A stretch of 64,000 bases of DNA, from the NCBI GenBank assembly GCA_030141605.1, contig JAQGDQ010000008.1, positions 1,636,707 to 1,700,706 on the forward strand, written 5' to 3'. Of the stretch, positions 52,597 through 64,000 are shown piece after piece (position 1 is the first letter of the stretch; each line of letters starts with the position of its first letter). The notes below the pieces were generated by a model. The model worked only from the letters and a program-made list of their open reading frames with translations, was not told the origin of the DNA and searched no databases. The translations under genes were made by a program, and so were the position numbers. The stretch comes from Tubiluchus corallicola. Taxonomy: Eukaryota; Animalia; Priapulida.

Positions 52597-54531
52597 ATGC
52601 TGAGAAAGCTGCAAAAGCATCAAGGTGAAACAGAGAGAAACCGGGAGCTGCCGGGACGGCGAAGGTTCGAGTTGGAATTCATCGGATCTCGTCCCATGGT
52701 GAACTCAGCCCGTGCACTGTCAGCTATTCAGGCTCACCTGAGAGAACTCTACGTTCAGTATGTGCAGCAGCAGGGTCCTAGAGTGCCCATGTACAGACGC
52801 ATCATTGTCTCAGATTCAGGAATGAAAATGATATATAGAGATGCCAATGGCGACGTACGAGAAATGTATAATTCTATTACTACAGTCTCATTCGCTGCCG
52901 CTGTCAGGTTTACCTGTCGTACAGAAAGAGGAATGAAAATTATCGGCGCTTTCGAGGCTTTGGGGAAAGAGACGCCACCAGATTGTGAGATTGACGATCT
53001 GGGGATTTTTGAAGTGCTAGATAAACGTTTTAGTAAATTTCCAGAATACAATCACCCGGCGATGTTTGTGTGCATTATGAGACGAACAGATAGACATAAA
53101 CTCTTGGATTGCTATGGATTTGTATGCTGCAGAGACAGCGACGCAGTTAACATTGTAGGTGTTCTTGCACATGCGCAAAAGCAATACAAGAGCGGTGTGG
53201 TCGAAAGAATGTTGCAAGAGACTAGAGCGATGTTCAAAGAGAAAAAGTCTAAAGAACCAAATAAACAAGAGAGCCCAGCGGTGGTAGTTTTTCCAAAAAT
53301 GAATGATCAAGCTGATAGTGCGCAAATAAAACGGGTTGATTTTTTGACCATAGAGAAAACAAAAAAGGTGAAGAGACAAATTAAACCGGAAAATATGTTT
53401 AACACTAAGTCTTGTTATAGATTTCCAAAACATGAAACTGGGCAATTCTGGAAGTCAATGAGTGACTACCAACAAAGCGCGATTCAGCAAATAAAGCAGG
53501 AAAGAGCTACGGGAAAATCAACACAAGAAAGACAACGTTGTCCATCTCGACAAATGGCTTCTGCGAGTCCCCCTTCTGATGATAAAATCTACACAGCAAT
53601 GGCAAAAACGTGCAACAAAGCTGTGCAGACTATTGATGATAATGACTCTAGTTGGTGTCAAAGCCACACCCATAAAGAAAATGCAATGTCCGTAAGAACA
53701 TTAACAAGTGATAGCTTGCAGGTTTCAAAACAATTCTATAGACGTACGTATCTACCGGGAAACGAGGGAGAAAAGGACACCTATCAAGCGTACGAAATAG
53801 GCACATTTTTCTCTCCAAATGCCAGTAAGAATTCGTTGCCCCGAACAACTGGCGTCGCTGAGATTGACTACACGACTAATAAAAAAGTTCCAACAGGTGG
53901 CGTGAAGGTATATCCGTTCTTTGATCCTTCGGAAATTAACCAACACTTCAAGCGGGCCGCGTCGCATGCGAGCACAAGCGATGCAGATGCAGAGGAGACG
54001 TTTGCTGCGGAGTTGAACAGCAAGAAGAAAAAGAAAAAGAGAAAAGCTCCTTTGGCTCCGTCCAACATCGTTGACAAGAGCATCCAACAAGCGTTAACAC
54101 TGCTCATGCGCGGCAAGGAAAACAAGAAAGAGAATGTCCACTATAGTCCAGTGAATCTATGTAATTGGTCTTACTCATCAAGAAAAGACCAGCTTGACAG
54201 CCTGGATCAGGTTGTAGGAAGAAAAAATGAAAAAATCAAGTACAGAGAAACGACAGAGGAAGCAGAAATACTGTCAGTGTCTACAAATTCTTCACTACAC
54301 GAAAATCAGAATCCTAAAAGCAACAAAGCAAGGCGAAGCTTATTTTCTCCGCCATACAAGCGTGCTCCTTTTCAGCAGGTTATACCTGATGTGACAGTAG
54401 CCAATGAAGAAGAAATGGAGGCGGTGACAGAAACCATTCTTGAGACAGGATGCCTCAGTGACAGCAGTAAGAGTTCTAGAGGCAGTTTTTCCGGTGTTCC
54501 GTTCCACGGTGCGCTTGGCTACATGCCGTAA
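52597..54531 (+). CDS. PTB/PID-domain-containing adaptor-like protein with a long low-complexity C-terminus
   Basis: Open frame of about 645 codons. FELEFIGS, IIVSDSGMKM and HPAMFVCIMRRTDRHKLLDCYGFVCCRDSDAVNIVGVLAHAQ fit a PTB fold; ends LGYMP. An acceptor at 52576 means an upstream coding exon is possible. Confidence 0.75.
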   Translation: MLRKLQKHQGETERNRELPGRRRFELEFIGSRPMVNSARALSAIQAHLRELYVQYVQQQGPRVPMYRRIIVSDSGMKMIYRDANGDVREMYNSITTVSFAAAVRFTCRTERGMKIIGAFEALGKETPPDCEIDDLGIFEVLDKRFSKFPEYNHPAMFVCIMRRTDRHKLLDCYGFVCCRDSDAVNIVGVLAHAQKQYKSGVVERMLQETRAMFKEKKSKEPNKQESPAVVVFPKMNDQADSAQIKRVDFLTIEKTKKVKRQIKPENMFNTKSCYRFPKHETGQFWKSMSDYQQSAIQQIKQERATGKSTQERQRCPSRQMASASPPSDDKIYTAMAKTCNKAVQTIDDNDSSWCQSHTHKENAMSVRTLTSDSLQVSKQFYRRTYLPGNEGEKDTYQAYEIGTFFSPNASKNSLPRTTGVAEIDYTTNKKVPTGGVKVYPFFDPSEINQHFKRAASHASTSDADAEETFAAELNSKKKKKKRKAPLAPSNIVDKSIQQALTLLMRGKENKKENVHYSPVNLCNWSYSSRKDQLDSLDQVVGRKNEKIKYRETTEEAEILSVSTNSSLHENQNPKSNKARRSLFSPPYKRAPFQQVIPDVTVANEEEMEAVTETILETGCLSDSSKSSRGSFSGVPFHGALGYMP

Positions 54532-55863
54532 TTGAAGGGACTGTGCTGCTGTGTTGACCATTGTCATGACGCTCGGTGAACCAGAAAAATGTATCTACGG
54601 ACTACGATTTTAATATCGTAATTACGATTAATTGCGCGATAACAATTGCGTGAAATTAACGATTATTTCAGATGAAATTCGAAGTTTTTGCTGCCTGGTA
54701 AATACGCATTTTTAGCAAGGCACTTTTATCTAATATAAGCAACAGTCACCACTGTAACCGCGTAGTAAATACGTAGTAAATACTTGATTGTTTAAAAAAA
54801 AATTTAAACAGAATAATTAATATCTGGAATCAATTCCCAGATTCTGTCAGGTGCCCCAACTAGCAATGAATTTTGATAATCTTCTCTGTAATATATGGCA
54901 ATCAATGCGATGCGATTTTTCTCTTGTCTGCCGATTATCCGAGGATCGTTAATCATCCACTTCATTGTTTCGTGTATCATATCATTCCATCGTCCTTTCC
55001 CAACTAATTCTCGCCATTCTTTTTCTTTGCACATGTTTTTCTTCTTGTCACTGGCTGGTATAATTTTAGTTTCATCAAAAACTTACATACATATACGCAA
55101 GAGGCTTTTATCTAGGTTGCTGTTAGCTGTTAGCTGTTAGCTGATCACTTAGTACAGTTCTATAATTATACTTGATCATGTATGTATCCATTCTAATCAT
55201 TGTTGTACTGATAAATACAGTTTAAACCAGCAGTGCCTTGGTCTGTGCTCAGAGTAGCAAAATCTTTAAAAAAAGGTTTATAAGATGTAAATATTATCAA
55301 TCATTTATCTTTTAGCAGGCACCTGAAAGTAGCCTTGTTTCTTTGTGCTTTTATCTCTTATGTTTTAATTCGCTCTTTTTATCAGAAAACTTATTCTGTG
55401 CTGCATAGTTTTATCCTGCTTTCATAGTCTATACTTTTTGTGAATATTATTAATATTTGTAATAAGGATCGCACATTAAATTAATAAGTGAATGAAAGAC
55501 GATTAAGTAGGGCCTGCTGTTGTGCCAAGGTGCAGGTGAGCCCAAATTATTTTTGCTCGATTTTTATGCACATTTCAAATAGCTAAATACAAAATTATTA
55601 TAAAAATTAATGTAATCAAATAAAAACGTAGCTTTCTAGGTACTGCCATTTTATGCCAAAATATGATTACGTTTTTGTGGTAATTACTTTCAACTGTAGC
55701 ATTACATTTACAGTTGCTTTCAACTGATGATTTTATATTTACTAACTAACTAATTCAAATTGTATATACTGATTATTGTTTTATACATATTTCTGGTGTT
55801 ACTCATTATCTATATCCACTTACCTCATATCACTTATTTCGCATATTAATGCAATATATATGC

Positions 55864-55908
<45 letters not shown>

Positions 55909-56372
55909 CAGTCTAATAAATAATTATATGCGTATAATTAATATTAATTTTTAATTATAGGATTATGAATAATAGCTCTTAATATAAAAACATAGCATTT
56001 TTATGCATTTTACTGATGTTCAATCGTATTTTTATGACTAAATGTTAAAAGCATTTTGTAAAAATGACAAAATTATGCTAAAACTAATAAAACACGAAAT
56101 TTCATTACCAGTTACAGTGTAACCAGTTTTTTTTTATTTTCTCAACGCGAGATGGCAGCACAATTAACTATGAATGGCTTCAGCAAAGACTTGCTCTCGC
56201 TTTCGGTTCAGTTCGCGTGTTATGGCTTCCGCAATGCCTTTAGTGAAAGAAAATCTGTCGGCTTAATGCATTATTTAAGAACTAACCTAAATCAGATGAA
56301 CAAATGAGCTTACATTTTTCGACAGTATTAAAACACAGAATGTTAAGTGTTGTTGGACCTTCATACAGCTGA

Positions 56373-57812
56373 ATGATAGGACCAACGCTAGTCTTCGGTT
56401 CAGCCGTGTTCTGGTGCGGGACGTACAGGCTAGTGAACAAATGTTGCAGTAATTGTTCAGCAGAATGGAATTGCCGACTGGTTACTGTGTTACACGCCAC
56501 CATTGCCGTCAGTCTCTCTGCTTGGTGCTGCTTCATAGAAGGACCTTGGCCGTTCTTACATCCAGGTATGTGTTTTCAACAAAATACAGAAATGGCTATC
56601 TCACATATGAAGATAATGAGAGTAATAGAAGGCGTGTTGAAGCTGCATAAAGTGGCGTTTATATAGCATCCGGAATGCGTAATACTGTCGAATAAAAAAT
56701 CACCCTGTAAAAACTCACTTGGCTATGGCAAAAACTTTCTTAAAAATATGCAAAGGGCTTAATATGAGGAATGAAAATGTTGGTAACCTGGAGCATATAA
56801 ATTTACGCTACACCAAACAAGAATGTGTCAAATTTCAAGGCTCCCAATGGAGGCGTAGAATATAGGAACCAACTAGATGGCATATATCACTATTTCACAT
56901 ATATCTCATGTATGATACGGAATAGATAAAACTGGTTTATATTGTTTTGGTCAATGCGCCCTTTATTAGACCAGCGTCGTGCGTTATTTTTTCTGCAGTG
57001 ACTTCCTATTGATTGATATTTCGCTGCCATTCCGCATTCCGCCTTCCGCTGCCATTCGCATTCCGGATGCTACATAAACGCCACTTTAGTAATACAAACA
57101 CATAATACAAAAGACGTACACTCTCTGTGTTTATACAGAAGCTTTACAATCATCTAGAGAAAGATCATAGGCTACATTTTGCTTTAGTTAATAAATATAA
57201 AGCAGTAAGCGTTAATAATGTGTTACCCTCGACTGTACAACAATTTTAAGCAGTTAATGTAATAATGCGTTGCCCACGAATGTACAACAATTTTAAGCAG
57301 TTAATGTAATAATTCATTTCATTTCCCACGACTGTACAACAATTTTAAGCAGTTAATGTAGCAATACGTTGACCATGACTGCACAACAATTTTAAGCAGT
57401 TAATGTAACAATACGTTACCCACGACTATATAACAATTTTTAGGAGTTAATGTAATAATACGTTACCCACGACTATACAACAATTTTAAGCAGTTAATAG
57501 TAATATACTACCCACGACTATACAACAATTTCAAGCAGTTAATGCAATAATACGTTACCCACTACTATACAACAATTTTAAGCAGTTAATGTAATAATAC
57601 GTTACCCATGACTGTACAACAATTTTTCTTTTTTAGGGTCACCAAACACGAGGCTGCAAGTGGTCACTCTATGTAATTGTATTGGATATTTTTTGTTTGA
57701 CTTTGTCTGGTGCCTTTACATGAACACAGAAGGTATTCGAAGTTCTTCCACTCATTCTGTCGTTTGTTCTTTCAATCGCTCATTCATTCGTTCGTTCGTT
57801 CGTTCGTTCGTT

Positions 57813-57843
<31 letters not shown>

Positions 57844-57871
57844 TCGTTCATTCATTCATTCATTCATTCAT

Positions 57872-57967
<96 letters not shown>

Positions 57968-59220
57968 TCGTTTGTTTATTCAGTGTTTTTCTTATTTCAT
58001 TTTTTTACAAAAGTTTAAATATATATTTTAAATAAATTATTTTTAACCAGTTTGTCTCTTACTTTCGCAATTTAGATAGTAATTAAGTTTTATCTTTTGT
58101 ACTATTTTTCTGTAGGTGTATTTGCTTTTGCTAACAGCGCTTATAAACTATAAGTTATAATTTATTGTAAGTTATAAGTTATAACACTATAATTTTTTGT
58201 GAAGAATTTTCCACGTATACCTGTATAATGTCAATACATATAACATTTGAGTTATATCATTTCTGATGCAATACTATTCATTTGAAGAAATTGCTTTGTT
58301 TATCATGTGAAAGGGGAAAAATGGCGTTCGTAACGCTTTAATTGACACTCTGTGGCACCGACCATTATAGGCAACTCATAGACTATAAGGTTTTTATACA
58401 TTGTATATAGTCAGCAAAACAGCAAAATTATGAAGAAAAATTTTATATACAAAATAGCTGACATGTTGTTCCCAAAAATGTGAGCTCTTATATTAGGCTG
58501 TATAGACTGTGACTTATGAGCTGCATTTAAAAATGTACAAACACGTCAGTAATTTTTGTAAATTATAAATTTCTTTTCGTGATAAATTTTATAAAACTTT
58601 TATAAAAAAAATCCAGCGTTTCTACTGCTAGCTACCAGTCTTCATTGGGAAATATATAAAAATTTTAAAAAAATTATTATTTATTGGGTTGTTTATGAAA
58701 CGGTTATTGTACTTGTTATAAAGAATTTAAAAACTCTTCTTTCCATGAATTTGTCGAGTATGCAACAGAACTGGTCTTCAATGTAACTACAACTTTTGTT
58801 CATTTTTCAGGACCAATAATGTTACTACATCATTTAGTCAGCATCTTTGGATTATCCTGGTGCATCTACATCGATGTTTCAGCAATAGAGGTAACTGCTA
58901 CAATATTCGGTGCAGAGCTAACTAACCCTCTACTTCAACTACGCTGGTTTCTACGGGCAACCGGACGCAAAGGATCAATCTTATACGAAATTAATGACTT
59001 TGTCTTTCTTTGTAGTTTTGCCGCCTTGCGCACAGGTGTTGGCACAAAGCTTTTGATTGCACACCTGCAACATCCGAAGCCATACATGTCTGTGAAAATG
59101 GGCGGAGTTGTGATTTATACCATTTCTTGGATTTTCATGGTTAACATTGCCGTCTATGCCTACGGGAAATACATAAATATGTTCAAAAAAATTGTTGGTC
59201 CAAGATTATCAGATCTTTAG
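56373..59220 (+). CDS. TLCD5: TLC domain-containing protein 5 (TMEM136), 232 aa, 3 exons
   Basis: Exons 56373-56565, 57637-57732, 58811-59220 join in frame (699 nt). EWNCRLVTVLH, GPWPFLHPGSPNTRLQV, GYFLFDFVWC, MLLHH and FGAELTNPLLQLRWFLR match TMEM136. Confidence 0.92.
56651..57085. mobile_element. PIF/Harbinger(Tourist)-like MITE in TLCD5 intron 1
   Basis: TIRs AGTGGCGTTTATATAGCATCCGGAATGCG...CGCATTCCGGATGCTACATAAACGCCACT, flanked by TAA/TTA. Confidence 0.75.
57207..57626. repeat. 47-bp minisatellite (~9 copies) abutting the TLCD5 exon-2 acceptor
   Basis: Unit gactatacaacaattttaagcagttaatgtaataatacgttacccac; mirrored at ~61776-62195. Confidence 0.92.
57780..57968. repeat. (TTCG)/(TTCA)/(TTTC)n compound microsatellite
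   Basis: Visible arrays; coincides with the inverted-duplication breakpoint. Confidence 0.95.
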
Positions 59221-59603
59221 ACAGTGAAGGAAACAGTATTGTTGAACATCCTCAACGTAAACAGAGAGATCATCAATATGTGTAGTTAAACAGAAACACA
59301 AAAACATTTTCAGCTTTTAACGTAGAAAAAAAGTCGCCAAACTGGCAGAATGGTGAATAATAACGGCTTTTATTAGAGGATAGTAATAGCGCCCTCTACT
59401 TTACTTAACGTACGTGAAAGCGCATACAAGCATGGAAAAGTGGTTCATAATGTTATCAAGTAGCTATTATAGGCCTAACTGCAGACTTAATCTAGGAATC
59501 CATTTTTGTGCAACTGTATGTGCTGTAACCTTTTCTGTGATATTTATGAGTCATTTATTGACATGTCAGATAGACTATACAAGTTAGTAGGTTCGTGTCT
59601 CTA

Positions 59604-60100
59604 TACATCAGGTGTCACAAAGTAAATGTGCTAAAGTTTGAACACTATTATCATAAGAAGGCAACAATGAATCACTTGGAAATTGCTAGACTGATGTTAC
59701 AGTCGCTTGTGTATAAACACCAAAAATTGTAAGCCATACCTTTAAATATACCCAGGTACAGAAGTACACAAGTTTTAAAACAACAAGTCAAAAAATGTCG
59801 GAATAAATTTCATGTGTCATTGTCATTAAAATTTACAGTAAGTGCTCTATGTGTCCAACATTTTCATTGAAAATTAGACGAAGGCATTTCATACAACAGC
59901 TGACACAGTTTGTTAAAGGGGGTATTTGGTCCCAGCGCTCAACAATTTTTACCCTTATTCCCTCTATATCAAAGTCAACTGGCTCTGTGCGGTCACCGAG
60001 CACTTCTCTGGAAATTCCAGAATTCAGATACTGTAGTTCATAGAATTAATCCCACTTTTCTTGACAACGTTTCTTTATCAGTATTTAATTTTCTATGGTG
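59604..60100 (-). mobile_element. Decayed Tc1/mariner-superfamily transposon fragment
   Basis: TA-CA..GGTGTC-type terminus at ~59604; minus-strand C-terminus ...NENVGHIEHLL* typical of mariner-like transposases. Confidence 0.5.
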
Positions 60101-61445
60101 AAGACCATGATGTAAACTTTGTAGCTTTTACAGACAAAAGTTAATGTTAACGTATTTTTGCACATGTGCAGTACGTATTGTACAGTAATGTATAGATTTG
60201 ATGAATTTTGCATAAAAAATCACAAAATGTATAAAAATATATTAAAAATTTTAATTCTAACATTAAAAGAATATTATAAATCATAAAAAAATACCGTTTA
60301 CAGTAAACAGTGTATTTATTCGGCGGATGAATACACACCATAAACGAAATGTAGTACTTGCGCCCGCTTGAGATGCTACTTGCCGACGTGAGATTGTACA
60401 CAACACACGATTGGTTGATTGATGGAAAGCGACCAACCAGATAATGTATGGCGTCCCTACTTGGCGGAAATTCACTTATCGCGGGTAGCCCTGGAACGGA
60501 ACACCCGCGATAAGTGAGGGAACATTGTATTGTGGTATCACGCTGTGAAATTTCAACTTTGCAGAGTACTTGATTTCTATATTGTTGCAGTCTAAACTTA
60601 GGCACGTTTTCTCTGTGCGCTACTCAATATATAAGGTCTAGCGTTTCTTAGCTTTGAACGAAGTAATATATAATGTTAGTTTATTAACTTTTTTATCTAC
60701 ATACACATCTTAGTTGATTTTGCTTGGTGGAGTGCCAACACTTGTATGTGATACGTTTTTGTGCTTAGTTGGAAGCTTCCATTTTATTATGTTTTTTGTT
60801 CAGTGTATAATATACAAGTAAATTGTCGCATGGACAGAGCACTTGACTACTTTGCTAGAAGTTCAATAATCTGATGTCCTTCAGAGGTCAGAAACTAAAT
60901 ATATATAAAAGTTCAAATCATGAATATCTTATAAAATTATCGAGATATATAATTTTAATCAGTGGCACTGCGTTTTGAAAATTTGGCTTAGTTGTAGAAA
61001 GAAATTATATGATGTGTGTAGTGAGAACACTTTCTTACAAAAACTACTACTGTATTTGTTACAAAAAATAAAAAGTTTGTGTCTATACAAGTAGGCATGT
61101 AGACAAGTTTTGGCGTAATGTAAGTTTTTCTAGTAAATAGGTGGTGCTGGCCCATGTAAAGCTTTAATGTTGTTTTGTCTCTGTCCGGTAGTACATGAAC
61201 TAGATACAACAATTCAACGATTAATCCTGTATTTCTATGACGGTATCACTTGAGGCCAAAATTCGGTCAAGAAGGTCACGTAAGGTCGCACGAGACCTAG
61301 GCCCACACGTAGGAAAAAACAATTCGAGATATGACTCTGTGTGGGGATTTGTAGAAATAAAAGGATGCGAACTTCATAATGAGCTCAACGTATTTCAGAA
61401 GAAAGTGCAAACAGATGGAAGTTTCCAAAAAGAAAGATGAGAATG

Positions 61446-61446
61446 A

Positions 61447-61522
<76 letters not shown>

Positions 61523-61546
61523 ATGAATGAATGAATGAATGAACGA

Positions 61547-61577
<31 letters not shown>

Positions 61578-63493
61578 AACGAACGAACGAACGAACGAAC
61601 GAATGAATGAACGAATGAATGAGCGATTGAAAGAACAAACGACAGAATGAGTGGAAGAACTTCGAATACCTTCTGTGTTCATGTAAAGGCACCAGACAAA
61701 GTCAAACAAAAAATATCCAATACAATTACATAGAGTGACCACTTGCAGCCTCGTGTTTGGTGACCCTAAAAAAGAAAAATTGTTGTACAGTCATGGGTAA
61801 CGTATTATTACATTAACTGCTTAAAATTGTTGTATAGTAGTGGGTAACGTATTATTGCATTAACTGCTTGAAATTGTTGTATAGTCGTGGGTAGTATATT
61901 ACTATTAACTGCTTAAAATTGTTGTATAGTCGTGGGTAACGTATTATTACATTAACTCCTAAAAATTGTTATATAGTCGTGGGTAACGTATTGTTACATT
62001 AACTGCTTAAAATTGTTGTGCAGTCATGGTCAACGTATTGCTACATTAACTGCTTAAAATTGTTGTACAGTCGTGGGAAATGAAATGAATTATTACATTA
62101 ACTGCTTAAAATTGTTGTACATTCGTGGGCAACGCATTATTACATTAACTGCTTAAAATTGTTGTACAGTCGAGGGTAACACATTATTAACGCTTACTGC
62201 TTTATATTTATTAACTAAAGCAAAATGTAGCCTATGATCTTTCTCTAGATGATTGTAAAGCTTCTGTATAAACACAGAGAGTGTACGTCTTTTGTATTAT
62301 GTGTTTGTATTACTAAAGTGGCGTTTATGTAGCATCCGGAATGCGAATGGCAGCGGAAGGCGGAATGCGGAATGGCAGCGAAATATCAATCAATAGGAAG
62401 TCACTGCAGAAAAAATAACGCACGACGCTGGTCTAATAAAGGGCGCATTGACCAAAACAATATAAACCAGTTTTATCTATTCCGTATCATACATGAGATA
62501 TATGTGAAATAGTGATATATGCCATCTAGTTGGTTCCTATATTCTACGCCTCCATTGGGAGCCTTGAAATTTGACACATTCTTGTTTGGTGTAGCGTAAA
62601 TTTATATGCTCCAGGTTACCAACATTTTCATTCCTCATATTAAGCCCTTTGCATATTTTTAAGAAAGTTTTTGCCATAGCCAAGTGAGTTTTTACAGGGT
62701 GATTTTTTATTCGACAGTATTACGCATTCCGGATGCTATATAAACGCCACTTTATGCAGCTTCAACACGCCTTCTATTACTCTCATTATCTTCATATGTG
62801 AGATAGCCATTTCTGTATTTTGTTGAAAACACATACCTGGATGTAAGAACGGCCAAGGTCCTTCTATGAAGCAGCACCAAGCAGAGAGACTGACGGCAAT
62901 GGTGGCGTGTAACACAGTAACCAGTCGGCAATTCCATTCTGCTGAACAATTACTGCAACATTTGTTCACTAGCCTGTACGTCCCGCACCAGAACACGGCT
63001 GAACCGAAGACTAGCGTTGGTCCTATCATTCAGCTGTATGAAGGTCCAACAACACTTAACATTCTGTGTTTTAATACTGTCGAAAAATGTAAGCTCATTT
63101 GTTCATCTGATTTAGGTTAGTTCTTAAATAATGCATTAAGCCGACAGATTTTCTTTCACTAAAGGCATTGCGGAAGCCATAACACGCGAACTGAACCGAA
63201 AGCGAGAGCAAGTCTTTGCTGAAGCCATTCATAGTTAATTGTGCTGCCATCTCGCGTTGAGAAAATAAAAAAAAACTGGTTACACTGTAACTGGTAATGA
63301 AATTTCGTGTTTTATTAGTTTTAGCATAATTTTGTCATTTTTACAAAATGCTTTTAACATTTAGTCATAAAAATACGATTGAACATCAGTAAAATGCATA
63401 AAAATGCTATGTTTTTATATTAAGAGCTATTATTCATAATCCTATAATTAAAAATTAATATTAATTATACGCATATAATTATTTATTAGACTG

Positions 63494-63538
<45 letters not shown>

Positions 63539-64000
63539 GCATATATATTGCATTAATATGCGAAATAAGTGATATGAGGTAAGTGGATATAGATAATGAG
63601 TAACACCAGAAATATGTATAAAACAATAATCAGTATATACAATTTGAATTAGTTAGTTAGTAAATATAAAATCATCAGTTGAAAGCAACTGTAAATGTAA
63701 TGCTACAGTTGAAAGTAATTACCACAAAAACGTAATCATATTTTGGCATAAAATGGCAGTACCTAGAAAGCTACGTTTTTATTTGATTACATTAATTTTT
63801 ATAATAATTTTGTATTTAGCTATTTGAAATGTGCATAAAAATCGAGCAAAAATAATTTGGGCTCACCTGCACCTTGGCACAACAGCAGGCCCTACTTAAT
63901 CGTCTTTCATTCACTTATTAATTTAATGTGCGATCCTTATTACAAATATTAATAATATTCACAAAAAGTATAGACTATGAAAGCAGGATAAAACTATGCA
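61446..64000 (-). repeat. Near-identical inverted segmental duplication of 55402-~57950, probably continuing beyond the window
   Basis: Position x pairs with 119402-x (56373/63029, 57660/61742, 55402/64000). Confidence 0.95.
61670..63029 (-). pseudogene. Truncated inverted duplicate of TLCD5 (exons 1-2 only)
   Basis: Exon 1 at 63029-62837 and exon 2 at 61765-61670 are identical in translation to the + copy; homology stops in the (TTTC)n at ~61446 and no exon-3 copy follows. Confidence 0.75.

Noticed and set aside
52755-54567. Several minus-strand ORFs overlapping the PTB gene (likewise antisense ORFs at 14129-14762 and 29500-30247)
   Set aside because: Shadow ORFs opposite genuine coding sequence, with no independent motifs.
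57207-57626. CRISPR-like regularly spaced repeats (also 37240-38945)
   Set aside because: Units are contiguous with no unique spacers, lie in eukaryotic introns, and no cas genes are present; these are minisatellites.

Overview
AT-rich, microsatellite-rich DNA from an invertebrate animal genome, with GT-AG introns and many decayed transposons. Seven intact or near-intact protein-coding genes can be read. Three are intronless in the CDS: a Tctex1-domain dynein light chain, EFCAB9 and a GT-A glycosyltransferase. The others are an i-type lysozyme, a PTB/PID-domain protein, TLCD5/TMEM136 (with a near-identical, truncated inverted duplicate) and, most notably, a tandem pair of 6-exon genes (32691-35792 and 37011-42525). 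The pair is invisible in the ORF track but splices cleanly into 264-aa secreted proteins: signal peptide, two beta-defensin-like six-cysteine modules, then a Cys-rich Zn-peptidase domain with the SxH-x6-D...H signature of bacterial M15/LAS (D-Ala-D-Ala peptidase, Hedgehog/DD-peptidase fold) cell-wall enzymes. These genes sit tail-to-tail with the lysozyme and form a candidate peptidoglycan-degrading cluster (glycan cutter plus stem-peptide cutter). The first paralog also carries a paralog-templated insertion that creates a possible dual AG|GT splice site. All family assignments come from motif recognition, not database searches, and all splice models are predictions.
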